Positions 47,559 through 57,654 of a stretch of 64,000 bases of DNA are shown piece after piece (positions within the stretch are counted from its first letter, which is position 1; each line of letters begins with the position of its first letter). The stretch spans positions 62,001-126,000 of IMG/VR virus record IMGVR_UViG_3300035698_035310; one strand, 5' to 3'. The position numbers and the translations under genes are program-made. The notes beneath the pieces are model-generated. The model made no database searches. It was not told the DNA's origin and was given only the letters and a program-made list of their open reading frames with translations.

Positions 47559-48482
47559 ATGTCAATTAAAGAATTATGGACCGAAAAATATCGTCCAAAA
47601 CGAATCGAAGATTATGTATTTCGTGATGAAAAACAGAAAAAACAAATAGAAGCATGGGTTTCAGAAAAAGCAATACCACATTTGCTATTATCTGGCACCC
47701 AAGGTATCGGCAAAACAACAATCGCGAAGGTTTTATTTCGTGAATTAGAAGTTCCACCAGAAGATATATTAGAGTTGAATGCCAGTGATAACACTGGTGT
47801 TGACGATATGAGAAATCGCGTTGGTAGTTTTGCAAGCAGAATGCCATTTGGTGAATTTAGATATATTTTATTAGATGAAGCAGATTATTTAACACCTAAC
47901 TCACAAGCAGTATTGCGTGGATATTTAGAGAAATATTCGGCAACCTCGAGATTTGTGTTGACCTGCAATTACGATTATAAAATCATACCAGCATTGAAAA
48001 GTAGAACGCAAGGGTTTCATTTAGAAAAACTTGATCGTGGTGAATTCGATATTCGAATTGCTACCATATTGGCGTCAGAAGGCGTTGAATTTGATGCATC
48101 ACTTATGGATTCATTTATTGAAGCCACATATCCAGATTTGCGCAAGTGTATTAATGATTTACAACAAAACGTCGTTGATGGAATATTGACATTACCAGTG
48201 GTAAGTTCAGGCAATGATGATTATAAAATATTAATGGTTGAATTGTTTAAAGATAAAAAAATAAGAGAAGCAAGAAAATTGATTTGCACACAAGCAAGAC
48301 CAGAAGAATATGATGATATATATAGATTTTTATATCAAAACTTGCAATATTTTGGTAATGAACAAAATCAAGAAACTGCCATTATTAAAATAAAAGAAGG
48401 TTTGGTTAATCACGCTATTTGTGCCGATCCTGAAATAAATCTTGCCGCTACAATGGTAGAACTAGGATATTTGATGGAATAA
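47559..48482 (+). CDS. clamp loader AAA+ subunit (RFC-small/T4 gp44-like)
   Basis: LWTEKYRP, GTQGIGKTT, ELNASD, LDEAD, LKSR, PDLRK.IN. Confidence 0.93.
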   Translation: MSIKELWTEKYRPKRIEDYVFRDEKQKKQIEAWVSEKAIPHLLLSGTQGIGKTTIAKVLFRELEVPPEDILELNASDNTGVDDMRNRVGSFASRMPFGEFRYILLDEADYLTPNSQAVLRGYLEKYSATSRFVLTCNYDYKIIPALKSRTQGFHLEKLDRGEFDIRIATILASEGVEFDASLMDSFIEATYPDLRKCINDLQQNVVDGILTLPVVSSGNDDYKILMVELFKDKKIREARKLICTQARPEEYDDIYRFLYQNLQYFGNEQNQETAIIKIKEGLVNHAICADPEINLAATMVELGYLME

Positions 48483-48528
48483 TCATGAAAGAAAACGAAT
48501 AGTTACACAAAAAACACGAGGACATGAT

Positions 48529-48861
48529 ATGAAATTAGTTATTATAGAAAGCCCATTCGCCGCCCCCACCGATGAAGGTGTTCAAGAAAATATTATATAT
48601 GCAAGGAGATGCGTTCGTGATAGTCTTGACAAAGGTGAAGCACCAATAGCATCACATTTGCTTTATACGCAAGATGGTATATTAGACGATACGATACAAC
48701 ATGAACGCGATTGGGGCATAAATGCCGGATTGGCGTGGCGGAAAGTGGCTGAAGGATCGGTTGTATATACTGATAAAGGTATAACAAAAGGAATGGAATA
48801 TGGCATTAAAGCCGCAGAAAGTTCTGGTATATCGGTTGAATACCGAAAACTCGATAATTAA
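48529..48861 (+). CDS. conserved phage protein (deoxyribosyltransferase-like fold)
   Basis: VIIESPFA..YARRC..GEAPIASHLLY..RDWGI..D.GIT.GM. Confidence 0.7.
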   Translation: MKLVIIESPFAAPTDEGVQENIIYARRCVRDSLDKGEAPIASHLLYTQDGILDDTIQHERDWGINAGLAWRKVAEGSVVYTDKGITKGMEYGIKAAESSGISVEYRKLDN

Positions 48862-48875
48862 AAAGGATAAAATAA

Positions 48876-49304
48876 ATGGTTTTTTCAAAATATGACAAAG
48901 GTCGCCCATTTTTGGTGGTAACACAAAATTCAAGACCCGCAGAAGGCGAGAATACTTCAACAAAAAACTGGGGCAAAACTGGCAAGAAAGTAATACAAGA
49001 AATGGTTTCAATTGTTGATACCGTCAAAGATAAGCATCTTTTCGAAGCCGCAGTTATTGTTGATGTTTTACAACGACGCATCGTTAAATCAAGATTTTCT
49101 GATGATAATAGCGCCACATTAACTCATTATTTGACACAATACAAAAAAGAAATTGCTGAAGGTATTCAGGTTTGGATGAGTAGACAATATGAAAATCAAG
49201 ATGAAGCCCAAGCATTCATGGATAATCTTGATTCAGAAATAGTAAAAATGGATGTACCAACTGATATAGTGGATGTAGTACCAGATGAAACAGTTAGCGA
49301 ATAA
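48876..49304 (+). CDS. hypothetical protein
   Basis: AAGGA SD. Confidence 0.7.
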   Translation: MVFSKYDKGRPFLVVTQNSRPAEGENTSTKNWGKTGKKVIQEMVSIVDTVKDKHLFEAAVIVDVLQRRIVKSRFSDDNSATLTHYLTQYKKEIAEGIQVWMSRQYENQDEAQAFMDNLDSEIVKMDVPTDIVDVVPDETVSE

Positions 49305-49905
49305 TATAATACTTTGCGATATCGATGGATGCTTGCTAAATTGGCTTGATTCATTCATTGATTATATGAAAACCCAATGGGGCTATACATGGAACCATGA
49401 ATTGGGTGAGCCACATCAATATGATATGGCACCACATTTTGGAATAACACATGACGAAGTTGTTATACATATAACAAACTTCAATGTTGGGTTCTGGCAG
49501 TTTGGTGCGTTAAAACCGACTGATGGTGCACAGGATGCTATGATTAAACTTTCTGATATGGGATATAGATTTGTTGCTATCAGCAGTTGTTCCACTGATA
49601 ATAGAACTGTTGCACTTAGAAAAGCAAATTTATATAATCATTTTGGTGATATATTCGATGATGTGCACTGTATTGACATACATGAAAACAAAAAATCATA
49701 CTTAACAAAGCATCAACCAACGTTTTGGATTGAAGATAATTTCAACAATTGCGTTGATGGATTGCAGTATGGTCACAATTGTATACTTGTAAATAGAAAT
49801 TGGAACGAAAATGATCATCATGATGAAATAACTCGATTTGATGAATGGTCGCAAATAGTTGATTTCATTGGAGAAAATAAAAATTTTAATAAAGTCCGCA
49901 CTTAA
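49285..49905 (+). CDS. HAD-family 5'(3')-deoxyribonucleotidase (T4 30.2-like)
   Basis: CDIDGCLLNW, K, WIED motifs. Confidence 0.85.
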   Translation: MKQLANNIILCDIDGCLLNWLDSFIDYMKTQWGYTWNHELGEPHQYDMAPHFGITHDEVVIHITNFNVGFWQFGALKPTDGAQDAMIKLSDMGYRFVAISSCSTDNRTVALRKANLYNHFGDIFDDVHCIDIHENKKSYLTKHQPTFWIEDNFNNCVDGLQYGHNCILVNRNWNENDHHDEITRFDEWSQIVDFIGENKNFNKVRT

Positions 49906-49984
49906 TAGCACCCAATATTAGACTAAATACTATTAGGTTGAATGGCCGTTCGCCGCTTTCTTTTAACATAAGCAAAGGAGCATT

Positions 49985-50737
49985 ATGGTGACTAGACATA
50001 AAGCGAAACATAAAAAAAACAACCAAGGAAATCAACGATCTAACGATAATATCGTTAATATCAATGATTATAAGACCCCAACGAAGAGTAGAAAGACAAA
50101 AGTAGATATTATACCACGAAATGAAGCACAGGAAGATTATATTTTCGCAATAGAAGATTGCAGAGTTGTGTTTGGTGTTGGCCCTGCTGGCACCGGTAAA
50201 ACATATATTCCGACATTGATGGCAATCAAATCCCTTAAAGCAGGCGAAGTTGAAAAAATTGTAATGACTCGACCGATGGTAAGCGTGGATGAAGATATAG
50301 GTGCATTGCCAGGTGCATTGCCAGGTGATATTGTGGCAAAAACTGCACCATGGGCTAGACCCATTGTTGATATATTAGAAGAATTTTACCACCCAACTCA
50401 AATAGCATCAATGATGGAATCGGGAATTATAGAATTTTCACCATTAGGATTTATGAGAGGTAGAACATTTAAGAACAGCTTTATCATCTTCGACGAAGCA
50501 CAAAATGCTACCGTATCGCAGATGAAAATGGTATTAACACGGATTGGTCAAGGAAGTCAGATGGTTATTATTGGCGACTTGAACCAACATGACAGAGGAT
50601 TTGAGGCGAATGGCCTTAAAGATTTTATTGATCGTTCTATTAATTCAGAAAATATCGACGTAATCGAATTTAGCAGGGGTGACATTGAGCGCGACGAGGT
50701 TGTTGCAGATGTTCTAGAAATTTACGGCGAAGAATAA
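49985..50737 (+). CDS. phoH: PhoH-family ATPase
   Basis: GPAGTGKT, FMRGRTF, DEAQN, LTRIG, GDLNQ.D; CTAAATA late promoter at 49923. Confidence 0.95.
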   Translation: MVTRHKAKHKKNNQGNQRSNDNIVNINDYKTPTKSRKTKVDIIPRNEAQEDYIFAIEDCRVVFGVGPAGTGKTYIPTLMAIKSLKAGEVEKIVMTRPMVSVDEDIGALPGALPGDIVAKTAPWARPIVDILEEFYHPTQIASMMESGIIEFSPLGFMRGRTFKNSFIIFDEAQNATVSQMKMVLTRIGQGSQMVIIGDLNQHDRGFEANGLKDFIDRSINSENIDVIEFSRGDIERDEVVADVLEIYGEE

Positions 50738-50751
50738 CAAAATCTCCTAAT

Positions 50752-50791
50752 TGGTTAGGTGCAGATATAAAAATTCTGCACCTAACTATTT
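50752..50791 (+). terminator. intrinsic terminator
   Basis: GTTAGGTGCAGA...TCTGCACCTAAC-TATTT. Confidence 0.75.
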
Positions 50792-50846
50792 GACATATCA
50801 TCATTTTTAGTGTATTATATCGAAAATATGAGATAAATCAATAATG

Positions 50847-50895
50847 TTTTTTATGTATGTATAAATAGTATTACAGTTATTACATACATAAAAGG
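50847..50895 (+). promoter_or_regulatory. RBS-sequestering hairpin with an internal late promoter
   Basis: TTTTTTATGTATGTA / TACATACATAAAAGG arms; TATAAATA at 50860-50867. Confidence 0.75.
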
Positions 50896-50902
50896 ATTTA
50901 TT

Positions 50903-51796
50903 ATGAAATGCGAAAATGGTTGCGGCAAAGAATCTATATATATAACCAAGCGTGGAAGGCATATATGCGCCAAATCTGGAAATTCATGTCCCGCTGTTAA
51001 AGAGAGAAAAAAACTATCGTATTTGAAAAAATATGGAGTTGAAAATCCGCAACAATCAAAAGAAATAAAAGATAAAACAAAAAAAACAAATCTTGACCGA
51101 TATGGTTCAGAATATATTGTTATTTCTAAAGATTTTAATAAAAAAAGCAAAAAAACATTAATGGAAAATTATGGTGTCGAATATAATATGCAATCGGATA
51201 TAATACAAAATAACAGAAGAAAAAAATCATTAGATATATATGGCGTAGATCATCAAAGTAAACGTGAAGACATTAAAGATAAAAAAAGGCAGACGTCATT
51301 AAAACGATATGGGGTAGAAAGTTATTTTCAAACCGATGAATTTAGAGAAAAATATATAAAAACAATGTTGGATAGATATGGCGTCGAGAATCCCATGCAT
51401 GATAAAAAAATAAGAGAAAAATGTATTAAAGCTGCCATATCTTCATATTATAAAAAGGGCATAGGTATATCGTCTAACGGTGAACAGCGATGGCTTGATA
51501 GCCATAATATAGATATAAAAAATAGACAAAAAGTTATTGAATGTAACAGTGGCAAAATTTATAGTGTTGATGCATTAGTTGATAATACGGTTTATGAATA
51601 TTTGGGTGTTTTTTGGCACGGACATCCAAAATATTTTGATCATGAAAAAATTAATACAGTCGTTGATATATCATTTGGCGAGTTATATATAAAAACAACA
51701 CAGCGCATTAATGATATTATTGACACTGGATATGAAATTATTGTAGTATGGGAAGATGGAACAAATTTTACAGGAAATGAAATACATGAGACGTGA
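50903..51796 (+). CDS. homing-endonuclease-like protein (YGV repeats + PD-(D/E)XK domain)
   Basis: Six (K/R/N/I)YG(V/S)(E/D) repeats; SNGE..WL...VDAL...YEYLG.FWHG...VVWE. Confidence 0.8.
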   Translation: MKCENGCGKESIYITKRGRHICAKSGNSCPAVKERKKLSYLKKYGVENPQQSKEIKDKTKKTNLDRYGSEYIVISKDFNKKSKKTLMENYGVEYNMQSDIIQNNRRKKSLDIYGVDHQSKREDIKDKKRQTSLKRYGVESYFQTDEFREKYIKTMLDRYGVENPMHDKKIREKCIKAAISSYYKKGIGISSNGEQRWLDSHNIDIKNRQKVIECNSGKIYSVDALVDNTVYEYLGVFWHGHPKYFDHEKINTVVDISFGELYIKTTQRINDIIDTGYEIIVVWEDGTNFTGNEIHET

Positions 51797-53147
51797 TATG
51801 ACATCAAGTGAATATATTTTAGATACATCAAAAGAATATTCTATATACACTTGCCACAAGCGCGGAATCCCAAGAGTCACCGATGGGCTAAAAAATGGTC
51901 AACGGCAAGCATTATGGCTTATTAGAAACAAAACAGAAAAAATAAAAGTTATTGCACTAGCGGGTGCAATGATTGAATCTGAATTATATCTTCACGGTGA
52001 TAAATCTGCCGCTGATTCGATATCAAAACTTGCTGCACCTTTTTGTAATAACGTTCCTTATCTTGTTGGAAAAGGAAACTTTGGAACACGTGTATCACCC
52101 GTTGGTGGTATTGGTGCGCCAAGATATGTTTCAGTCAAAAAAGGCCAAGCAGTCGAACGGTTGATATATCCTGATTTGGACATAGTTCCATTAATGGATA
52201 ATCACGATGGTTCAACCAAAGAGCCTGAAACGTTCCTTCCTATCATTCCCACCGTTCTATTAAATGGGGTAGCAGGAATTGCCGTAGGTTGGTCAACTGA
52301 TATCCTGCCACATAAGTTAGAAGATTTAATAAAGGCTACCAAAGCAGCACTAGAAGGCAAGAAAGTGCCTAAATTGATACCATCATATGATTATTTTGAT
52401 ATCACAGTCAAAAAAGTTCCAGGTGTTGAAAATTCTTGGGAGTTTACTGGAAAAGTGGAAATCATTAGCACAAGTGTCGCACGAGTTACCGAGTTACCGC
52501 CAGATTTGACATTAGAAAATTTTAGAGCACAGTTAGCACAAATGGAAGATAATGGCGCAATTATGGATTATACTGACAAATCCACGAAAGCAATCAATAT
52601 CGAAATTAAATTCAGACGTGGTTCACTTAAAGATATGTCACCTGAACAATTAATTGATACTCTTAAATTGAAATCTCGAAAAAAAGAACGCATCGTTGTT
52701 ATTGATTGGGATGGACAAGCAATTCGCACATATGATAATCCCGAACAAGTTGTGGTTGATTTTGTTGCGTGGAGATTTACAAAATATATTGAACGTTATG
52801 AAAAATTGCGAGATGTAACTAATAGTGAAATAAAATTTTGGAAGGGTGTGCAAATGTGCTATCTTGATGATCTACCAGATAGATTAACAAAAATGGCAAA
52901 CAAAGCGGAAATGGACAAAGAAATTCAAGATATAACAAAATCAGTCAAATTATCTGACGCACAGATTGATCGTATTTCGAATTTTGCATCATATAGATGG
53001 ACTAAAGATGGATATAAACAATGTGTTGAAAAAATACATGAATTAGAACAACAATATAAAGAATATATTAGATTGTTAAAAAATCCTGATGATATCAAAG
53101 ATATTTTCATTGAAGAAATAGATGCATTAAAAAAGGTTAAGTTCTAA
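51786..53147 (+). CDS. type IIA topoisomerase, GyrA/T4 gp52-like subunit
   Basis: DGLKNGQR, YLHGD, GNFG, APRY catalytic Tyr, P.VLLNG..GIAVGW.T. Confidence 0.93.
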   Translation: MRRDMTSSEYILDTSKEYSIYTCHKRGIPRVTDGLKNGQRQALWLIRNKTEKIKVIALAGAMIESELYLHGDKSAADSISKLAAPFCNNVPYLVGKGNFGTRVSPVGGIGAPRYVSVKKGQAVERLIYPDLDIVPLMDNHDGSTKEPETFLPIIPTVLLNGVAGIAVGWSTDILPHKLEDLIKATKAALEGKKVPKLIPSYDYFDITVKKVPGVENSWEFTGKVEIISTSVARVTELPPDLTLENFRAQLAQMEDNGAIMDYTDKSTKAINIEIKFRRGSLKDMSPEQLIDTLKLKSRKKERIVVIDWDGQAIRTYDNPEQVVVDFVAWRFTKYIERYEKLRDVTNSEIKFWKGVQMCYLDDLPDRLTKMANKAEMDKEIQDITKSVKLSDAQIDRISNFASYRWTKDGYKQCVEKIHELEQQYKEYIRLLKNPDDIKDIFIEEIDALKKVKF

Positions 53148-53389
53148 TGAGCGATCCACACAAATATATAATAACATATGGGCCATGCACGGGCAATCCA
53201 TCCAATCATTTAAATTTTCAAAAAAAACATGACGGAAATAAAGTGAAAGAAATAAATGACACACATGGATTGAATGTCAAAGTTGAATATGATATGGAAT
53301 TTCATGGTAATGATCTTCATACACTTACCGTTATATACAGTTCGGATGAAGAATCAGATTTGGTTGCATTTAAATTGTTAACAATATGA
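53147..53389 (+). CDS. small protein of the D.xAFK(L/I) paralogue family
   Basis: C-terminal DLVAFKL. Confidence 0.65.
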   Translation: MSDPHKYIITYGPCTGNPSNHLNFQKKHDGNKVKEINDTHGLNVKVEYDMEFHGNDLHTLTVIYSSDEESDLVAFKLLTI

Positions 53390-53649
53390 CATTTGAAATA
53401 ATAGATGCAGATGGTACCAAACCGCAATATATCGACGGCAAAGAAATATATGGATGCACACATTATGTTGATTTTGACGGATATGTAAAAGACAAATATG
53501 ATTGGATGCTTGACAATGTTGCCTTATGGTATTATGATGTTCAGCACGAGCCAATGGATAGAAACGGTGATTGTGGCGGTGGTGAATTATTGACAATATA
53601 TTTTACTACGATTGAAGACGCGATGGCGTTTAAATTAGCATGGACTTAA
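53386..53649 (+). CDS. small protein of the D.xAFK(L/I) paralogue family
   Basis: C-terminal FTTIEDAMAFKLAW. Confidence 0.7.
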   Translation: MTFEIIDADGTKPQYIDGKEIYGCTHYVDFDGYVKDKYDWMLDNVALWYYDVQHEPMDRNGDCGGGELLTIYFTTIEDAMAFKLAWT

Positions 53650-53653
53650 CGAA

Positions 53654-53902
53654 ATGGTGTTAAAGAATATGAAAAAACAATATGAATATATGTTTTATGG
53701 CGACAATTATGATTTCGAAGATGTTCGCGAAATAGAAGAATGGTGTGTGGAAAATATTGTTGACATTAATGATTGGTGGTTTGATGAAAAAATAACAAGA
53801 CATTCTGAAGGTATTAATTATATTGGCACTCAATATGAATATGTATTTGGCTTCAAACACGATACAGATGCAATGGCATTTAAAATATTATGGGTTTTTT
53901 AG
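53654..53902 (+). CDS. small protein of the D.xAFK(L/I) paralogue family
   Basis: WCVEN...FKHDTDAMAFKILW. Confidence 0.7.
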   Translation: MVLKNMKKQYEYMFYGDNYDFEDVREIEEWCVENIVDINDWWFDEKITRHSEGINYIGTQYEYVFGFKHDTDAMAFKILWVF

Positions 53903-53915
53903 AGAGGAATATATC

Positions 53916-54119
53916 ATGACAACTGCTACGAAAGAAGAACAAATAATGTCTGCTTTTTATCTTGTTGGTAATAACGATACCGAACATGATATTAGAGCAT
54001 GGTGGAAACAATATGGTGATTTATACGACGAAGTATTTGCCGATGAAAATAACAGAAAACGATCCCAAGAAATAGCCGATGAGTTATGGATTGAAAAATG
54101 TCCACTTGACAAATCATAA
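53916..54119 (+). CDS. hypothetical protein
   Basis: GAGGA SD before ATG 53916. Confidence 0.6.
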   Translation: MTTATKEEQIMSAFYLVGNNDTEHDIRAWWKQYGDLYDEVFADENNRKRSQEIADELWIEKCPLDKS

Positions 54120-54164
54120 ATAATGTAGTATAATCAATACATTAACATAATAAAGGACGGCTTA

Positions 54165-56045
54165 ATGGTCAATAAAGATGAAGAAATTGATGCACTCAAT
54201 CCATATCAACACTCGCGGTTGCGTACAGAAGTGTATAGTGGTTCAAGACAACCACACACCCAAGAAGTTATCATATACAATGAAAAACATGAACCAATAA
54301 TCGAAGAAGTTACGTGGATTCCTGCATTATTAACATATTATAGAGAAATAGTCGATAACGCTTGTGATGAAGTTATCGGTCTTGGCAATGGCAATCGCGT
54401 CGACATAAACTTTGATAAAGACACCTTCGTGTTTAGTTGCACGGATAATGGTAGAGGTATTCCTATAAAGCCGGTTTCGAAAACTGATGATACACCGATG
54501 GCAACCGCCGTATTGACTAGAACTATGATGGGAAGAAATTTTAGAGAGCGCAAACAAGTTGGTGGACAGAATGGTATGGGTGTAGCCATTTCTGTATATT
54601 GCAGCAAGTGGTCTAAGGTAGAAATTCGCCGTGATAAAAAATTGTTTACACAAAGTTTCGCGGAACACGATATTGAATTAATGATCGAGTTTCCTAAAAC
54701 AAAAAAAGATAAAAATGTTACCACTGGAACAAAAATAACTGTATCACCAAGTGAAAAGGTGTTTCATGGTGGATTGATTATGCCTGAACAATTTTTATAT
54801 TCACGTATATTTGATGTAGCATTGGCTAATCCTACTGTGCAAATATTTTATAACGGTAAGCGCATTCGTGTTAGACCGGCAAGTGAAAAAACATTATTTC
54901 CTAACGATGATACCGTGTATATCGACATTCGTGAAAATGCATTTCGATCACGATTTATATTGAAACCAGATTTTCGTGTTGGTGATGTAATGATGCATTC
55001 GATTGTAAATAACATACCTGTTTTTGATGGTGGTTCACATATCGATGCTTTCACCACCGCGTTCTATTCTGGCTTACTTAATGCTATGGCATCGCAAGCA
55101 AAGAAACGCAAATTGACGTTGCATAGAAACGACGTCAACAGCGGATTATTAATATACAATATCACAACTATGGATGCTCCTGATTTTAACTCACAAGCCA
55201 AAACAAAATTGATCAATGAAGATGTTGGTAAGATAATCAAAAATTATTTTACTGATGAAAAAGTATTCAAAGATATTATTAAAAAGAATCCAACATGGGC
55301 CGAATCGATATTAGAACGTTGTGAAGCAAGAACGCAGAAAAAAGAAGAAAAGGATGTTGCAAAATTATCCAAGAAAAATCTACGAGGGCGCGTTCCTGAA
55401 TTGCTAGATGCTGCTGGTAAAGATAGAAGCAAGTGCATACTATTGCTTGGTGAGGGCGATTCTGCTGTATCAGGCATACCACCAGTGCGCGATCCTGACA
55501 TTCATGGCGTATTGGGCATTCAAGGTAAGATCATGAACGTTAACGGCGAACGTCCAAAGAAAGTATTAGATAGTGCAACGCTGTCATCATTGATGACAAC
55601 CATTGGCTTAGTTATGGGGCAAGTAACTGTTCGCAAAGAAATGAACTACGGTAAAGTTTACTTTGCTACTGATGCTGACCCTGATGGATTAAATATTGCT
55701 GCATTGTTAGCCAATTTCTTTTATACTTATTGGCCTGAATTATTTGACCCTGATAAAGAACCTGTGTTCTACATCTTCAATACGCCGTTTATTATTGCCC
55801 GTAAAGGAAAACAAAATAAATATTGGTATTCACACGACTTTAATGATTTCATACCAACTGAATTTAAAGGATGGGAAATAACAAGAGCAAAAGGTTTAGC
55901 GGCATTGGAAGAACCTGATTGGATTTATTCATTGGCTAAACCCGATTTATACCCGCTAACTGATGATGGCAGAATGGTAGAAGCATTAGATTTGATATTT
56001 AATTCGGATTTAGCGGACGCACGCAAATTATGGATCGGACTTTAA
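54165..56045 (+). CDS. type IIA topoisomerase, GyrB/T4 gp39+60-like subunit
   Basis: EIVDNACDE, DNGRGIP, GGQNGMG, EGDSA, GKIMN, TDADPDG, KGL; promoter TTGACA(54106)-N17-TATAAT. Confidence 0.95.
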   Translation: MVNKDEEIDALNPYQHSRLRTEVYSGSRQPHTQEVIIYNEKHEPIIEEVTWIPALLTYYREIVDNACDEVIGLGNGNRVDINFDKDTFVFSCTDNGRGIPIKPVSKTDDTPMATAVLTRTMMGRNFRERKQVGGQNGMGVAISVYCSKWSKVEIRRDKKLFTQSFAEHDIELMIEFPKTKKDKNVTTGTKITVSPSEKVFHGGLIMPEQFLYSRIFDVALANPTVQIFYNGKRIRVRPASEKTLFPNDDTVYIDIRENAFRSRFILKPDFRVGDVMMHSIVNNIPVFDGGSHIDAFTTAFYSGLLNAMASQAKKRKLTLHRNDVNSGLLIYNITTMDAPDFNSQAKTKLINEDVGKIIKNYFTDEKVFKDIIKKNPTWAESILERCEARTQKKEEKDVAKLSKKNLRGRVPELLDAAGKDRSKCILLLGEGDSAVSGIPPVRDPDIHGVLGIQGKIMNVNGERPKKVLDSATLSSLMTTIGLVMGQVTVRKEMNYGKVYFATDADPDGLNIAALLANFFYTYWPELFDPDKEPVFYIFNTPFIIARKGKQNKYWYSHDFNDFIPTEFKGWEITRAKGLAALEEPDWIYSLAKPDLYPLTDDGRMVEALDLIFNSDLADARKLWIGL

Positions 56046-57158
56046 TTTTATTTTCTTCCAGTCTCTTTCCCACATTGTAATGACATTATATCCTGCATTT
56101 ATTAACATTAATTCTTTTTTAATAGTATTATCATATAATTCACCCATTGTGCATTTTGTTCGTTTATTATAAACCGATCTATCAAATATTTCTGGATTGC
56201 CGTGCCAATAATCGCCATTGAATTCATAAACAGTGTTGGTTATTGGGTTATAACCATCTACAAATTTATCATTGATTTTTTGTTCTAATATTATATTTTT
56301 ATCATTTAAACTATTGAACCATTCGGTTGCTGGTTTTGATATACGATACCTACATGATGGACATCCGGTACCCATTTTGTGTGAATTTGCCTCTTGATAA
56401 AATTCGCCATGTTTTGGACATATTATAATTATTTTTTCAACGCATCCATTATATTCGGTTTTTGAATAATTGTATTTGTAATTATGTATAATTTCTACCT
56501 GTTTAATGTATTCTTCGGTTGATATTAATTTGTCTTTATAAAAGCATTTGATGCATCCACCGCCATTATAATGCGTATCGATTCGTTTTTTAAAAATTCC
56601 ATGTGTTTTACATATTATTTTTATTTCTTGTTTATAGTTAGTATATTGATTGATTAACGAATAGTCATATTTATTATCGTGTACAATATTAAATAAATTT
56701 ATCATATCGATGTGTGTTTCAAATTGTTTTAATTTATTTCGTCTTATTATTTCACTACATTGTTGACAGCCTTGACCTTCTAAATGCCTTGACGCTTGTG
56801 TGATGAATTTTCCATGCTTTTTGCATATAATTGTAATTTTATCATGTGAGTGTGTGTAGACAGTATCCGTGTAATCATATTCATTATCAAATATTTTTTT
56901 TGATTTTTTAATAAATTCTTGAATATTGCTTTTGTTTTTGATTTTATTTTTAATTCCTGCGCTTATTCTACCGCATTTATAACAGCCGACCCCTTTTTTA
57001 TGTTGCCATGCCATTAATTCAAAAATGCCATGTTCTTGACATATAATTTTAATTTTTGTATCTGCATTTTTATAATCAACTAATGAATAATCAAATCGAT
57101 TATTCCATTTTTTAACAAATCGATCAATAACAATAGCAGTGGTTAATTTGCTTGACAT
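56028..57158 (-). CDS. homing-endonuclease-like protein (Cys/His repeats + PD-(D/E)XK domain)
   Basis: Four YDYS...IIC..HG.F....H..G.GC..C repeats; VDGY...YEFNGDYWHG...MWE.DW. Confidence 0.85.
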   Translation of the reverse strand: MSSKLTTAIVIDRFVKKWNNRFDYSLVDYKNADTKIKIICQEHGIFELMAWQHKKGVGCYKCGRISAGIKNKIKNKSNIQEFIKKSKKIFDNEYDYTDTVYTHSHDKITIICKKHGKFITQASRHLEGQGCQQCSEIIRRNKLKQFETHIDMINLFNIVHDNKYDYSLINQYTNYKQEIKIICKTHGIFKKRIDTHYNGGGCIKCFYKDKLISTEEYIKQVEIIHNYKYNYSKTEYNGCVEKIIIICPKHGEFYQEANSHKMGTGCPSCRYRISKPATEWFNSLNDKNIILEQKINDKFVDGYNPITNTVYEFNGDYWHGNPEIFDRSVYNKRTKCTMGELYDNTIKKELMLINAGYNVITMWERDWKKIKLKSDP

Positions 57159-57180
57159 GGTTTATATACCTTGATATAAT
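57152..57180 (+). promoter_or_regulatory. consensus sigma70 promoter overlapping the start of the divergent nuclease gene
   Basis: TTGACA-N17-(TGA)TATAAT; the -35 box overlaps the CAT of the - strand start codon. Confidence 0.75.
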
Positions 57181-57255
57181 GTATTACTATACTTATTTAG
57201 TCTTTTTTATAGATAATGTATAAATAAAAGAAATAACTTGATAGGAATGATAAAT

Positions 57256-57654
57256 ATGACATCTAAAATATTGCGTTTTCAAAAAACATTAACCCCAAAA
57301 TACGTTAGAGTAATGGCGGATTTTGGTGCCGATGGATTGTGGGACAGCCAAGGTCGCATGAGTGATTGTGATATCGACCTACCCGATGATATTGGATTTC
57401 GTTTAGACGAATGGCAGACATGGTTTAGTAGCAAATATGATTGCGAGTTAGACGATAGGTACTTAACAGAAGTATTTAAAGTTAGAGATTTTGCCGATGA
57501 AGGGTTAGAAATCGCACGCGATCTTAAAATTTATTTGGGTGATGCATGGACTGTAGTTTATTTTGATGCATTTCGATCTATGGTTCATAGCCGTGACAAA
57601 CTAACTGTAAATAGAACATTTTTTGAGTATGAAATAATATGCGATACAGAGTAA
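57256..57654 (+). CDS. hypothetical protein
   Basis: RVMADFG..GLWD...L..W...F..EG..IA..LK pattern. Confidence 0.7.
   Translation: MTSKILRFQKTLTPKYVRVMADFGADGLWDSQGRMSDCDIDLPDDIGFRLDEWQTWFSSKYDCELDDRYLTEVFKVRDFADEGLEIARDLKIYLGDAWTVVYFDAFRSMVHSRDKLTVNRTFFEYEIICDTE

Noticed and set aside
50903-57158. Group I introns or inteins in the topoisomerase genes
   Set aside because: Both subunits are continuous and of normal length; the endonucleases are free-standing beside them.
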